Source: the human T2T-CHM13v2.0 reference genome, Homo sapiens. From it: 64,000 nt of DNA. Within the stretch, counting starts at the first letter, position 1. Each line of letters begins with the position of its first letter. This document shows positions 1 to 12,138 of this stretch, piece after piece. Made by a program: the position numbers and the translations under genes. Below the pieces are notes generated by a model that ran no database searches, was not told the origin of the DNA, and was given only the letters and a program-made list of their open reading frames with translations. Location of the stretch: NCBI RefSeq assembly GCF_009914755.1, contig NC_060942.1; one strand, written 5' to 3'.

Positions 1-99
1 TATTCAAATATTCTTCAGTATCCTACTTTTTCTCCTTGTTATTCTCTCTTTTGTTTTTCTCTTTATGTATTAAGAATGATTTTGAAGACCAGTGAACCC

Positions 100-205
100 A
101 ATTATCTCATTTTACGGATGAGAAAATTGAGACTCAGAAAGGCTCCTCAAGTTTAAAAAGCTAGAAACTTGCAGAAGACAGCCAGAATTGAAAACCAAAA
201 TCTGA
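100..205 (-). mobile_element. MIR SINE fragment
   Basis: ATTATCTCATTTTACGGATGAGAAAATTGAGACTCAGAAAGG matches the reverse complement of the MIR core. Confidence 0.7.
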
Positions 206-1807
206 GTTATCTCATGACAACCTTGACCCCAAAGAAATGAAGGAGGGTCACAGCAGCTTCCTCTCAAGCTCTGTTAAAGTCAATAACAGTTTAATGAAAA
301 ACTAATTCAGCTGGTTCGTAATAGACAGTCTAGAAATGTAGAAAGTAATAGCAAGAAAAGAAAGAACAATCTCTATAGATATTTGAAAAGGAGACTCTGT
401 CTTTAATCTTCAAATTGGGTGTTACTCTCATATAATTTCCCCCATAAAAAGCCATGAAGCACTCTGGATCCAAATAACCCTTTCACATCCTCAATGACTG
501 CTGTAAATATAACACTAAAGTCATCAAACAAAATTTCTCTTAAATTACATTTTCACTGAGATCCAACAGTCTCCTATATATATCCTTAATACTCTAGGTA
601 AATTGACTTTGCAAATTTGTGAAACATTCACCTCTTACTTGATATGAATTTTTGCACTAATCAGATTGTTTTTGTATACAAACATATATATATATACACA
701 CACACATACAGGCGTATATGATGGATTTATTTTGTATCAGAAATCTAAAATGTCATCAAATTTGATGTGAGGTGTTATTATTTCTAAAATTTATAATTTC
801 TGGGTAAGAATCACAATTTTAGTCGACCTCTTCATTCTGTCTTCATTACTGTTACTAAAAATGGCTTTATTTTAGTATATCTGTTTCATATAGAGCTTTC
901 CTGACAAGCCCTCTTTCAAAACAAGGAGAATAAGAGATTATCTTTCCTAGCAAAGTTCTTGTGTTGTATTGGTTGTATTGGTTGATGCAGATACACTTGC
1001 TTTTTTCATGATGCAGGTCCCCAGCCAGAAAATGTGGCTAAAAAGACAAAGTATTCTAAGACAACCAATCTTTGTAGTTAATATGGTGTCTTCAAACCCC
1101 AAAGGAAATGAGATGGAGCCTTGCTTCCAATCCAAGTTACAGTTCAGATGCAGATGGGATAGAGGCAATTCTCATCATCTTTTCTGAACATACACATACA
1201 TTCACACACATGTATGGGAATAATAAGCAACTTGAGACTGTGAGGGTTGTAAGGAGAACAGAGTCAAGCTATACACATGGCTGACATTTATTCAGAGGAC
1301 CATCTGAATCTTCTTACCTAGTGGTTATACAAGTAAATGATGATGCTTCAACTGAAAACCAGGTCACTCTTCCAAAAAATTTCCAGTGAAAGAGAAGACA
1401 TCAATAAATTTTGAATAAGAAATTCAGGTGAAAATACAAGGGCAAGTTTTTAGTATTTTATAAAATAGAACTGGTAACATCTATCAGGCAGTGGTATAAA
1501 TATGATGTCATCTGCTGTATTTGTCTACAGTATTCTTTCTCTGAAGTCCTTGTCTCTATGTTTATTGTTTCAATTTTAATTTATACTCTGTCATGGCTCC
1601 TGAAAAGATACTTCCATCCAAAGATCAAAGTTAATTTTTTTTACTCTCTTTTTATTTAATCATCACGTGTAGGACCATGGCAAAAATGTTTACTAGTCAA
1701 CATTCCAAGTGAATTTTAATTTTACAGGTTTTCATGATTATAAGGGTTTGAAATAGGATTCCTTTACCTTGTTCTGTTTTTCTTTTTGTTTTTTCTATCC
1801 CATACAG

Positions 1808-1897
1808 TGTTTAAAACCCATACTTCACACCAGCTTACCACAGTGTCATACCTGCTGTGGGCCTTCAAGGAACTCTCTGAACACCAGTCGAGATTAG
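1808..1897 (+). other. Candidate 90-nt internal exon (host transcript unknown)
   Basis: Long polypyrimidine tract ending CATACAG| at 1807, and donor TAG|GTAAAT at 1898. One frame is open across it. Confidence 0.3.
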
Positions 1898-3307
1898 GTA
1901 AATAGTCACAAAGCTATTAAAAAGGCCAATCCATATTCATCACACAGCTTTTTCCAAGTTATTTTTTAGTTGATGTTCAAGAATAAAAAACATAAACAAA
2001 ACAAACAAAAGCCAGGAAAGGAAAATATTTCTTACTATTTTCAACTTTTTTGAGAATAAGCTGTTTTGCTTTACAGTAGTTTGAAAATATGTCATTTTGT
2101 GAGATTGATCCAATGCTGGGATAAAGAATATGTTCTGAAAATCTCTTTTAGAAAGATTTATAATATTTAACCTCAGGCTATTTTAAGTCCCAGTCGATCT
2201 TTATGAAAACAGCCAAGAGATCCATTTGTTTTCCGAACAGTGGAAAGTTTGTTACCTTTTGTCAACCATGATTGAACAAATGACTTTGGGCCAAAGTGAT
2301 TCAGTTGTGAAATGCCTGGGGTCCTGCCAGCCCCCTGGAATACAGACTCAAAAAGCAGTCACTTTGGACCTGAGCTGCCCATTGCAGCCAGGGGCTAAGT
2401 AGTCCTACTCAATTTTCTCTGGAACTAACACCATTATAGACCATCTTAAGTCCAGGATTAATAGGAAACAGTGCAGTGGCTACATGTCAACACGGCCAGC
2501 ATAGCTGGTCAAAAACTGAACATTCTATCGAACTACTAGTGTAGTTTTTCATTGATGTTTTTCTTCTCTGCACCAAATTAATTATGTGATAATTTTGGTA
2601 AAACACTCAGCTTCTTGATTGTGCTTTATTATCTGAAAGGGGCCAGAGATCTATCCAAGTCATTCCACTGAGATGAGAGACACTCTGTTTAGCTCATAGG
2701 AAGTTAGAAACTACTACCTATTATCTCAACTCTGTAATCTTGCTGAAACCAGAATTATTTATACTACCATTATTGCCACAGAACTTCTCCTGCCAAGACT
2801 TACCACCAGTCAGGACATTTTTCTTTCCTTAAACAAGTGGGATGAGCTTTAAAAGTTATTAAAGGACCACATTTATGTAATGACAACCCATTTCTTCTTG
2901 TTGCTTTTTTACACTTTGCCTCCTTCATTCCTCCCACCATCATCACTTCACTATGCACACATACATAGTAATACATACATGTTTGCACAAACACACCCCC
3001 ATTCTGTTTCCAGGCCAGCAGCCTAGTCAATCCAGGATTTGTGATGAACCTAGTGTTTCTTCCCCTGGCTGGATTTTATTTTCATTTGATCCTTTTTGCT
3101 AATGTATCACTATAAGTTGGCACCAAGCTTGCCTAATATAGGCCAATAAAAATTATTTCTTCAGGATGTGATTTGTTTGTTTACTAGGATAAATCACTTT
3201 TGTATTAATACTTCAGGAAGTTCACAATTCTGTTTTGTCATTTGTGTATGTGTGCCCTTGAGTATAGGTTTCCTCTGAGTATGTTATCTACGAATGTGTT
3301 GTCCATT

Positions 3308-3400
3308 TTTGATTGTCATCTCCCAGAGGGCAAGGAACTTTCCTACATATCCTGCTCTACAAAGAATCATGCACATATCAGTACTTAACGAGTCCTTTCT
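3308..3400 (+). mobile_element. L2 3' end fragment
   Basis: GATTGTCATCTCCCAGAGGGCAAGGAAC...GCACATATCAGTACTTAA resembles the L2 3' terminus. Confidence 0.5.
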
Positions 3401-3487
3401 TCTGCTGCTACTGATGATTGATAGTGTTCTCTGGTATTCTTCAAGTTTTTACAAAATTAATTATTTCCACATGTGCCCATGGAGGAT

Positions 3488-3590
3488 CATATTATTATTG
3501 ACATTTAAGGAATGAGAAACATGAAGTGCTGTGTATTTAGGTGAGTTGTCCAAGGCTTTGCAATAAATAAGTAACAAAACTGAAGAAAAA
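3488..3590 (-). mobile_element. MIR fragment
   Basis: Degenerate MIR core: ATTATTATTGACATTTAAGGAATGAGAAAC...GAGTTGTCCAAGG. Confidence 0.45.
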
Positions 3591-3632
3591 GAACTTGGTT
3601 GTCTCTTCCCTTTCCTGAGATTTCCAGTTGAA

Positions 3633-4295
3633 CTCAGTTCAATCTAACAATGGAATGACTCCCTTTGCATAGTATTTTGTTAGGTACTGTAGAGGGAATG
3701 GGAAAATATAATCTGATCTCTTACCTCAAGGAAGAAAAAGTAGAAAGATAAAATATACAGATAAATGACAAGTAGATAACTATTGCAATGTAGAATAGAT
3801 TTAGGCAATACTACTATGTAAAATATACAGTGCTAGGATATGAGGGAGGCAGTAGGAATAAAATGTATTCTTTGTTCATAGAAATTCAAAATGTGACAAA
3901 AATGGTAGAAAAACTGAAATATTTTTCAGTTTGTGATGGGACTTTTTAAGTGCTAAGGAAGGTAACAGTATGCTCTGTTTAGTGGAAGATGGGTATCTAA
4001 AAGAGCTCTGGAGAGCAGGTGGCAATTGCAGATTTTGAGACACATTATTCTTTCAACAGAATGCAGAATAGATTGGAAAGGGAAAAGGAGAGATGAAGAT
4101 AGTTTTTGGGGAAGATGTATCAAGTCAAGAGTGGAAAGACATGTTAAAAAGTTGTAGCATAGTCGAGCAGAGAATGATAAGGGCTTAAATTACAAGAGTA
4201 GTAATGGGATCAGAGAAGAGAGAATGAATTGCTCAAGTAATTCAGAAGTAAATAAATTTGAATAGGACAAAGAGAACCAAAAGTCATCAAAGATT
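3633..4295 (-). mobile_element. L2 (3' region), highly diverged
   Basis: TAGGTACTGTAGAGG...CTTACCTCAAGGAAG followed by purine-rich sequence typical of antisense L2. Confidence 0.5.
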
Positions 4296-4744
4296 TCCTG
4301 CAGCCAATAATTAATTGCTTAGTTAATTGTGCTACCTAAAGTCAAGAAAAAGTTAGAGTTGTTATCTTTAAGCTTGATTTTAAATGAAGTGTAAGGGCAG
4401 ATGCAAGGGCATTTTCATAATCATCTTCAGTATTTCCTCAGCACCAAAACTAAAGCTAGCTCATCTCCATTTTCACTGAACGATTGCCTTCTTAGGACCT
4501 AAAGTGGATAGGTGATTATCTTCAAATTTAATTCAGCTTTTTAAGTGTGTTTCCAAGGTCTTTTATTTCTTGATGACTTGAGGGTTTTTTTTTTTTAATC
4601 TTTCCTTACCCAACACTTCTCTCAGGGAAATGACCCCCTTCCAATATTGCAATAGCTCTTGAAAGAAATCTGAAAAGTTTTGTGAGGCTTTTCACTGGTA
4701 ACTGATAAACAGGATTGCAATATTTTACTGACAGTTTAATATAG

Positions 4745-4930
4745 TTTAGGGGCTGTTCCAAGCTCTTTACCAACATTAACTTATTTTACCCTCATGATAC
4801 TTCATTGGGGTAAGTAATGTTAATATTCCTAATTGAAAGATGAGAAACTGGAAGATCAGAAGACTAAGTAATTTTTCCAAGATTTCTCAGTATGTGACAA
4901 AATCTAAACTTTTAAACACTAGAACATGCT
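4745..4930 (-). mobile_element. MIR SINE
   Basis: CTAAGCTCTTTAC-like start, then GATGAGAAACTGGAAGATCAGAAGACTAAGTAATTTTTCCAAGAT. Confidence 0.7.
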
Positions 4931-5729
4931 ATCTTTCAGCAACTCCACAGTCTAAATAAGATCATTTATTTAATGATCTCCATCAGTTAGGTTTTGATTG
5001 CAATGACTATACCCATTTATTTCTTAATTAAATATACGGCTTTTGTGGGAGATTATTAGTAAGGGAGTACCGTTTCACAAAATAAATGGGAAGTTCAGTA
5101 TAGTTCCTTGAAATGAATAAAAACCAAAAAATTCTAGAAGAACAAGAAACAGCACAGACAAAAAGACAACTAGGACACCTTTTTGACAACCTCAAAAGGT
5201 CGATAAGAAAGAATTGACTAAGGGCCCTTCCAACATGAATTGCCTCCAGCCAATCTCCAATTATTTCATGCATTTGATCAATATTTAAATTCTTAGACAA
5301 GATGATTGACACTTAGCCACTACTCTGCTACTTCACTATACTCCATATTTTAAAAATTAAATTACACATAGTGAAGAATAGATATTGTCCCAACAGGAAA
5401 ATTGAGAAGCCACTAGGAAACAAGAATAGATATAGAAAATAAAACTGACATAGTCACTAAAAACTTCCAGTAATTAAGTCTTTTTTCTGCATTCATACTT
5501 CTAATATAGAAAAGATGGCCTAAAATATTTATGATATTTATAGCCAGAAAAAAACAGAGTGCTCACAAACTATTTTTAAATCATTCGATTTCAAGATAGA
5601 TTATTCATTTGCTTTCTTTACATGATTTACATTATCCTCTATTTGTTTCCTTAATAAAATAGATGACTCTAGTTTGTATTAGATATATAAAAATTTAGAG
5701 TTTATAATTTTGCTAAATAAACATCCCTT

Positions 5730-8700
5730 TTCATAATCTGGGTCATAAAAAGCCCTCTACATATATAAAAAATTTGAAATCCACCAGAATGAACTCTCAC
5801 CTAAATGAAATCAAACTAGAAATCAATAACAAAAAATATAAGAGGAAAATCCTCAAATACTTGGAAATTAAATAAGATACTTTTAAATAACCCATGGGTC
5901 AAAGAGAAAGTCTTAGGTGAAATTAACAAAAATACATTGATCTAAATGAAAATGAAAATATGACATATCAAAATTTGCAGAATGAAGCTAAAACACTATT
6001 GAGGCAGAAATTCATAATACAGTGCTTAATTTAGAAAACAGGAGAGATTTCAAATCAGTAGTCTAAGATTCCATATTAATAGAAAATAGGAGAGATTTCA
6101 AATCAGTAATCTAAGATTCCATATTAATAAATTTAAAAAGAACAAAATAAGCCCTGAGAAAATATAAGAAAAATAATAAAGAGCACAAATCAATAAAATT
6201 GAAAACAAAAAATAGAAAAAATACATAAAACAAAGAGCTGGTTCTTTGAAAGGATCAATAAAACTGACAAACTTCTCGCAAGACTGACAGAGAAGAAAAA
6301 AGAGCCAAAACAAATTGGCAATATCAGGAATTAAGTTGTATCATCACTATACACCATAACGACTGTAAAGAATACTTTAACATGACTACACACATGAAAC
6401 TGACAGCTTAAATGAAATAGACCAATTCAATGAAAAGCATAAACGACAAAACTCATCTAACATAAAATACACAATTTGAATAATATCATAACTATTAAAG
6501 AAGTTGAAATTACATATAAAAACTCTCAAAAGAAAAATTCCTAAGCCCAGATTGTTTCATTTACATAATTCTAACAAATGTTTAAAGAATAATTAGCAAT
6601 ATTTGTACACAATCACTTCTAAAAAAGAGAATGGCAGAATTGCTGAATTCATTTTATAAAGATGGTAATACTCTGAAAACAAGAGGAAGAAAATAAAAAA
6701 ATAAAAAAAATTACAAATCATTATCTCTAATGAACATGGATGCAAAATTCCTCATCAAAATATTAAATTTAATATGGGGATTTATCACAACTAAGTAGGG
6801 TTTATTCCAGGCAAACTAGACTTGTTCAGCACTCAAAAAGAATTAACTAGTGCAATTCATCTTATTAATAGGCTAAATACAGTGCTTAATCTAAAAATAT
6901 GAGAGATTCCTCTAAATATATAGTAGTCCTAGTACTAGCCAGTGCAATAAGGCAAGAAAAGGAAATAAATACATACACATATATAATGCACACACATATC
7001 ATATATAAATACATAATAAATATATAAATGTATAAATAAAACAAAAGAAAGAAATAAAACTTCCCTATTTGCAGTTGTCTTTGTAATCTATATAGAATAT
7101 TCCAAAGAATTTTTAAAAATAACAAAATTCTAGAATAAATGAATTCACCAAGTTTATCAGATACAAGACTAAGATAGAAAAATAAATTTTGTATCTATAA
7201 AGGATACATAAATCTATATTTATATATTATCATATTATATATAAAGTTCTATATTCTATATTATATATAAATTTGTAGATACACATTTTATATCCATAGT
7301 AAAATATATTTTATATGTATCAATGAATGTATGGCAAACTAAAAGAACAAAGTTCAACTTTCAATCACTTGAAATAATACCAAATACTTCGGTATAGATT
7401 TAAGAAAATACGATCAGAAATTGTATGCTGAAAACTACAAAATGCAGATTAAAAAATCAGATAAATATAGCAATGCACAGTAATTGGAAGACCAAAGTGT
7501 AAAGATAACAGTTCTCCACAAATTATTATATAGGTTCAATATAATTCCTGTGAAAATCTCAGCATAAATTTTTGTATCAACAAGATTATTCTAAAAAATG
7601 CAAGGGAGCTAGAATAACCCAAACACTTTTAGAAAATAATAAAGTGGAGGAATCACTGTGCTAGATATTTCAGACTTTCAATGTAGCTACAGTATGTAAG
7701 ACAGTGTGATTTTCTTAGAAAGATGACCCAAAGATCAATGAAGCAGAATAAAGAACTCATAAATTTGTCCACTGAAAACACCAACTGATTTTTGAGAAAG
7801 ATACAAAAACAATACTCTAGAGGAAGGATAATTTTTTCACTTAAAAAGAGCTAGGTCAATCAGATATCCACATGCATGAATAAAATAGATAGAATGAACC
7901 TCATCCTAAACATCACATTTTATGCCCAATTTAACTCAAAGTTGATAACAGATTTCCAAGTAAATATAAAATTATAATTTTTTAGAAAATAAAAAAAGGA
8001 AAAAATCGTTGGGACCTAGGGATATTTGAAGAGTACTTAGACATTATACAAAAACCATGATCAATAGAAAGTAACAATAAATTGGACTTCCTCAAAATTA
8101 AAAATGCTTTGCAAACACTTTTGTTAGAACATGAAGAATCAATCTTCAGATAGGTAGAAATATTTGCAAACTGCATATCTTACAAATAACTCATATCTAG
8201 TCTACACAGAGGACTTTCATAACCCAGTAAGCTTTTTTATAAATGTAATCCAATCAGAAAATGGACAAAAGACATGTACAGTCATCTTGTCAAACAGGAC
8301 ATACGTATCACAAGCAAGGACATGAAAAGTTGGTCAAGATCATTAGCCATTAGGGAAATGTAACTTAAAATCATAAAAAGAAATTATTATGTGCATATTA
8401 GGGCAGCTAATTTTTTAAATGTCAACACTAAAAACTGGTGAGGATGTCAAAAAATTGTTTTCTCATACGTGGCTTGTGGAAACGAACATAGGTGCAACTA
8501 CTTTGGAAGATAGTTTGGCATGTTCACAATAAGCATTTTTATTATATGATCCAGCAATTGTATTCTGGACATCATCACAGGGAAATTATTGCTTATATCC
8601 ACTCAAAAACCTGTTCATAAATGTTAATTATTGCTTAATTTGTAATAGCCAAAAATTAGAAACAGCTCAATTGTCAATGAGTGAATTAAAACAAATGGTA

Positions 8701-9228
8701 TTACATCCACATAATAAAATAAGACAGTAATAGAAATGAGCAGATGATTGATATACTCAAAAAATGGAATGTACTTTTAAAAAAATAGTTAAACAGGTGG
8801 AAAAGCCAATCTCAAAAAGTTACATAGTGCAGAATTCTATTTATATAAAATTATTAAAATGACAAAATAACAGAAATGAAAAACAGATGAGTGGTTGCAA
8901 GAAGTAAGGAAGGTTGGGAGTAGGGGTGAAGTGAGAGCATGACTATGAAGGAATAGCACAATGGAGACCTTTGTGGTGAGGGCAACAGTTTGTGTCTTGA
9001 CAGTGGTCATGGGTATAAAAATTTACATATAATAAATCTTCTTAGAGCCATATACATGCACCTGTACACACAGGTGAATGCATGTACAACTGGAAAAATT
9101 AAAATAAAGTCTGCAGATTATGCCAATGTAAATTTCCTGGGTTTAAATACACATATGTAATGTTTTACCTTTGGGTGCTGTGTACATCTTTACTAAATTT
9201 ACAACATCCTGTGAATCTATAATTACTT
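5730..9228 (+). mobile_element. Old LINE-1 (L1MD/L1MC-like): decayed ORF2 plus 3'UTR, 5'-truncated, with internal deletions
   Basis: ORF2 hallmarks ATCAAACTAGAAATCAATAAC, AATAACCCATGGGTCAAAG, CTAGCCAGTGCAATAAGGCAAG and TGTATGCTGAAAACTACAA. The 3'UTR ends CCTGTGAATCTATAATTA. Many stops and frameshifts. Confidence 0.9.
6032..6127 (+). repeat. Tandem duplication, 2 x 48 bp
   Basis: Units 6032-6079 and 6080-6127 differ at 2 positions. Confidence 0.95.
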
Positions 9229-9239
9229 AATTACTCTCT

Positions 9240-10340
9240 AGACCTGGCAAAAACAGCCAGTACAATGTTAAATAGAAAAGGCAAGTGTGCATTAGTTGAG
9301 GATGCTGCTTTATATTTCTAGTTCTTGAGAGATTTTAATCATAAGTGGATGTCAGATTTTTTTCAAATACATTTTCTGCATCTATTAAGGTAATAAAGTG
9401 TTCATTTCCCTTTTGTTTATTACTGTGATGTATTACATGAATCGATTTTAAGATATTGAGCCAACCTTGAATTCCTGGTTGATTTAAATTATATTTAGTC
9501 ATGTTATATGTTGATCATGGTGTATAAATCTATTTTATATATTTGCTAATATTTTCTTCAAGTCTTTTGTGTCTATATGCATTAGAGACATTTGTCTTTT
9601 TTAAAGAGTTTTGTGTGGATTTTGTTCATTATAAAATTGACCTTTTAGAAGGTGTTGGAAAATTTTTCACCTTTTCTACTTTCTGGAAAAAAAAATATTT
9701 CTACATATTATTTCTTTTTAAAATATTTTTTAAAGAAGAACATTATTTCTTCTTTAAATATTTGATTGAATGTACTCCAGGCATTTATGTCTGGGTTTTC
9801 TCTGTAAGATTTTTAATCTGTAGTTGGAATTGTTTCTTACATATGCATCAAAATTGTCTAATGTTTATTGAGTCAATTTTGTAATCTGTGTCTCTAGTAA
9901 ATTGTTAATTTCACAGAATTGTTGCCTTTGTTGGCATAAGGTTGTTACATGTTATTTCTTTAAAATTCTTTGGCTCGGCATTGTGACTCACACCTATAAT
10001 CCCAGCACTTTGGGAGGTGGAGGCAGGAGAATTACTTGAGTTCAGGGATTCAAGACCAGTCTGGGAAAATAAAGTGAGGCCTTGTCTCTACTAAAAATAA
10101 AAACAAAAAAAAATTATCTGGGCATGGTGGTGCATACCTGTAGTCCCAGCTACTTAGGAGGTTGAGGTGCGAGGATCTCTTGAGCCCAGGAGATCAAGCC
10201 TCCAGTGAGCTATGATGATGCCATTGCACTCCAGCCTGGGTGACAGAGTGTCATGAATAAATAAATAAATAAATAAATATAATTTTAATTTCTGTAAAGT
10301 TTTTTTGTTACTTATTTTAATTTTTTGCCTTCTCTCCCTT
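9240..10340 (-). mobile_element. Old L1 ORF2 (RT region) fragment, interrupted by the AluJ
   Basis: CCAGTACAATGTTAAATAG and CAAATACATTTTCTGCATCTATT are antisense to the LFNIVL and IDAEKAFD-type RT motifs. Confidence 0.75.
9972..10277 (+). mobile_element. AluJ-type SINE with (TAAA)n tail
   Basis: Dimeric Alu with J-type diagnostics (GAGGATCTCTTGAGCCCAGGAG, GTGAGCTATGAT). Confidence 0.95.
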
Positions 10341-10349
10341 TTTGGTTTT

Positions 10350-11370
10350 CCTTTTATTTTTGGTTCACATGTAATAATTGTACATATTTATGAGATACAG
10401 AGTAATATTTTGATGTCGGTACACAGTGTGTAATGATCAAATCAGGAAAGTTAGCACACCCATCACCTTAAACAATTAGCATTTCTTTGTGTTGTCAATA
10501 TTTAAAATCCTTTCTTCTAGATTTTTGAAAATATATACTAAATTGTTGTTACCCATATTCACCTTACAGTGCTATAGAACACTAGAACTTATTCCTTCTA
10601 TTAAACTGTAATTTTGTATCTGTTAACCAACCTCTCCCTATCCTTCCTTTCTGTATTCTTCCTGTACTCCCAGCCCCTAATTACTACAATTAACTTTCTA
10701 CTTCTATGAGCTTCTCTTTTATTAGCTCCCATATATGAGTAAAAACACGTGATATTTATGTTTCTATGCCTGATTTATTTTACTTAATGTCCTCCAGGCT
10801 CTTCTATGTTTCTGTGAATTACTGAATTTCATTCTTTTTCATGGTGGAATAGTATTTCATTGGGTGTATCTATGCTACATTTTCTTTATCTATTTATCTG
10901 TTGATGGACATTTAGGTTGATTTCTTATCTTAGCTAATGTGAATAGAGCAGCAAGTAAATATGGGGATGCAGCTATCTCTTCAACATGATAATCTTCTTT
11001 TCTTTGGATAAATACCCAAAAGTAGAATTGCTGGGCCACATGGTAAATCTATTTTTAATTTTTTAGAAACATTCATAATGTTTCTATAATGGCTCTACTA
11101 ATTTACATCCCTACCAACAGTGTATAAGAGTTACTTTTTCTCAGCATTCTTACCAGAAATTGTTTTTTTGTATCATTTTCATCATAGTCATTCTAATTGG
11201 GTTAGATGATATCACATCATGGTGTTGATTTGCACTTCAACACCACAGTGATGTTGTGGTGATTACTGATGTTGGGCATTTTTAATGTATTTGTTGTCTG
11301 TTTATATGTCTTCTTTTTAGATATGTCTATTTAGATGTTTTTTCAATTTTTATTTATATATATTTTTTTT
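10350..11370 (-). mobile_element. L1MA-type (L1MA4/5-like) 3' end
   Basis: AATAATTGTACATATTTATG...GTGTAATGATCAAATCAGG...GTGCTATAGAACACTAGAACTTATTCC, followed by antisense ORF2 C-terminus. Confidence 0.85.
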
Positions 11371-11539
11371 TTCAAGAGCTTAGATTTCTCCCAAAATTGT
11401 CTCTCTTTTGATTCTGTATGTTTGGGACAGGAATAAAGAAAGGGTAAGAGAATTGACTGTAAGGGATCATGAAGAGTTGGAAATAGAGAATTCTGATGTG
11501 GTTTGTTCCCCCAAAAGATGGATTTGGTTTTCTTTTTTA

Positions 11540-11690
11540 AATAAAATTATATTTTAATTGATAGAAATTATATATATTTATGGCACACAACATGATGTCT
11601 TGATATTATGAAATGGGAAAGTCAAGTATTTTGTGTGTGATACCTCACATACTTAGGGGGTGAGAACACTATCCATTCTCTTATCAATAT
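11540..11690 (-). mobile_element. L1MA-type 3' end fragment (different subfamily)
   Basis: TATATATTTATGGCACACAACATGATG...TACCTCACATACTTA...GTGAGAACACT. Confidence 0.6.
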
Positions 11691-11724
11691 GTTGTACCTT
11701 TTCAGGTACCATATTTGTTATTTT

Positions 11725-12138
11725 TATATTACTTTCTAATTTTTCCATAAATTATTGGGGTACAGGTGATATTCGGTTACATGAATAAGTTCTTTAGAGG
11801 TGATTTGTGAGATTTCAGTGCACCCATCACCTGAGCAGTGTACACTGCACCATATTTGTATTATTGTATCCCTACCCCCCACAACTCTTCCCCTCAAAGT
11901 GTCCAAAGTCCATTGTATCATTCTTATGCCTAGGAATCCTCATAGCTTAGCTCCCACACATCAGTGAGAACATATGATGTTTGGTTTTTAATTCCTGAGT
12001 TACTTCACCTAGAATAATATTCTCCAATCTCATCCAGGTCACTACAAATGCCATTAATTCATTCCTTTTTATGACTGAGTAGTGTTCCATTATATAAATA
12101 TGCCACAGTTTCTTTATCCACTCAATGATTGATGGGCA
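11725..12138 (-). mobile_element. L1PB1-like 3' end
   Basis: GGGGTACAGGTGATATTCGGTTACATG...GCACCCATCACCTGAGCAGTGTACACTG. The ORF track peptide CPSIIEWIKKLWHIY...HMFSL is the L1 ORF2 C-terminus. Confidence 0.9.

Noticed and set aside
1335-1356. C/D box-like ATGATGA...CTGA
   Set aside because: The boxes are too close together and there is no terminal stem, so it is too short for a snoRNA.
7180-7325. Hairpin-rich TA segment within the L1
   Set aside because: Low-complexity AT sequence self-pairs readily, and there is no evidence for a structured RNA.
5730-10340. Twin-priming inversion linking the sense and antisense old L1s
   Set aside because: The antisense piece follows the completed 3'UTR and overlaps ORF2 sequence already present in the sense copy, so it is a separate insertion.
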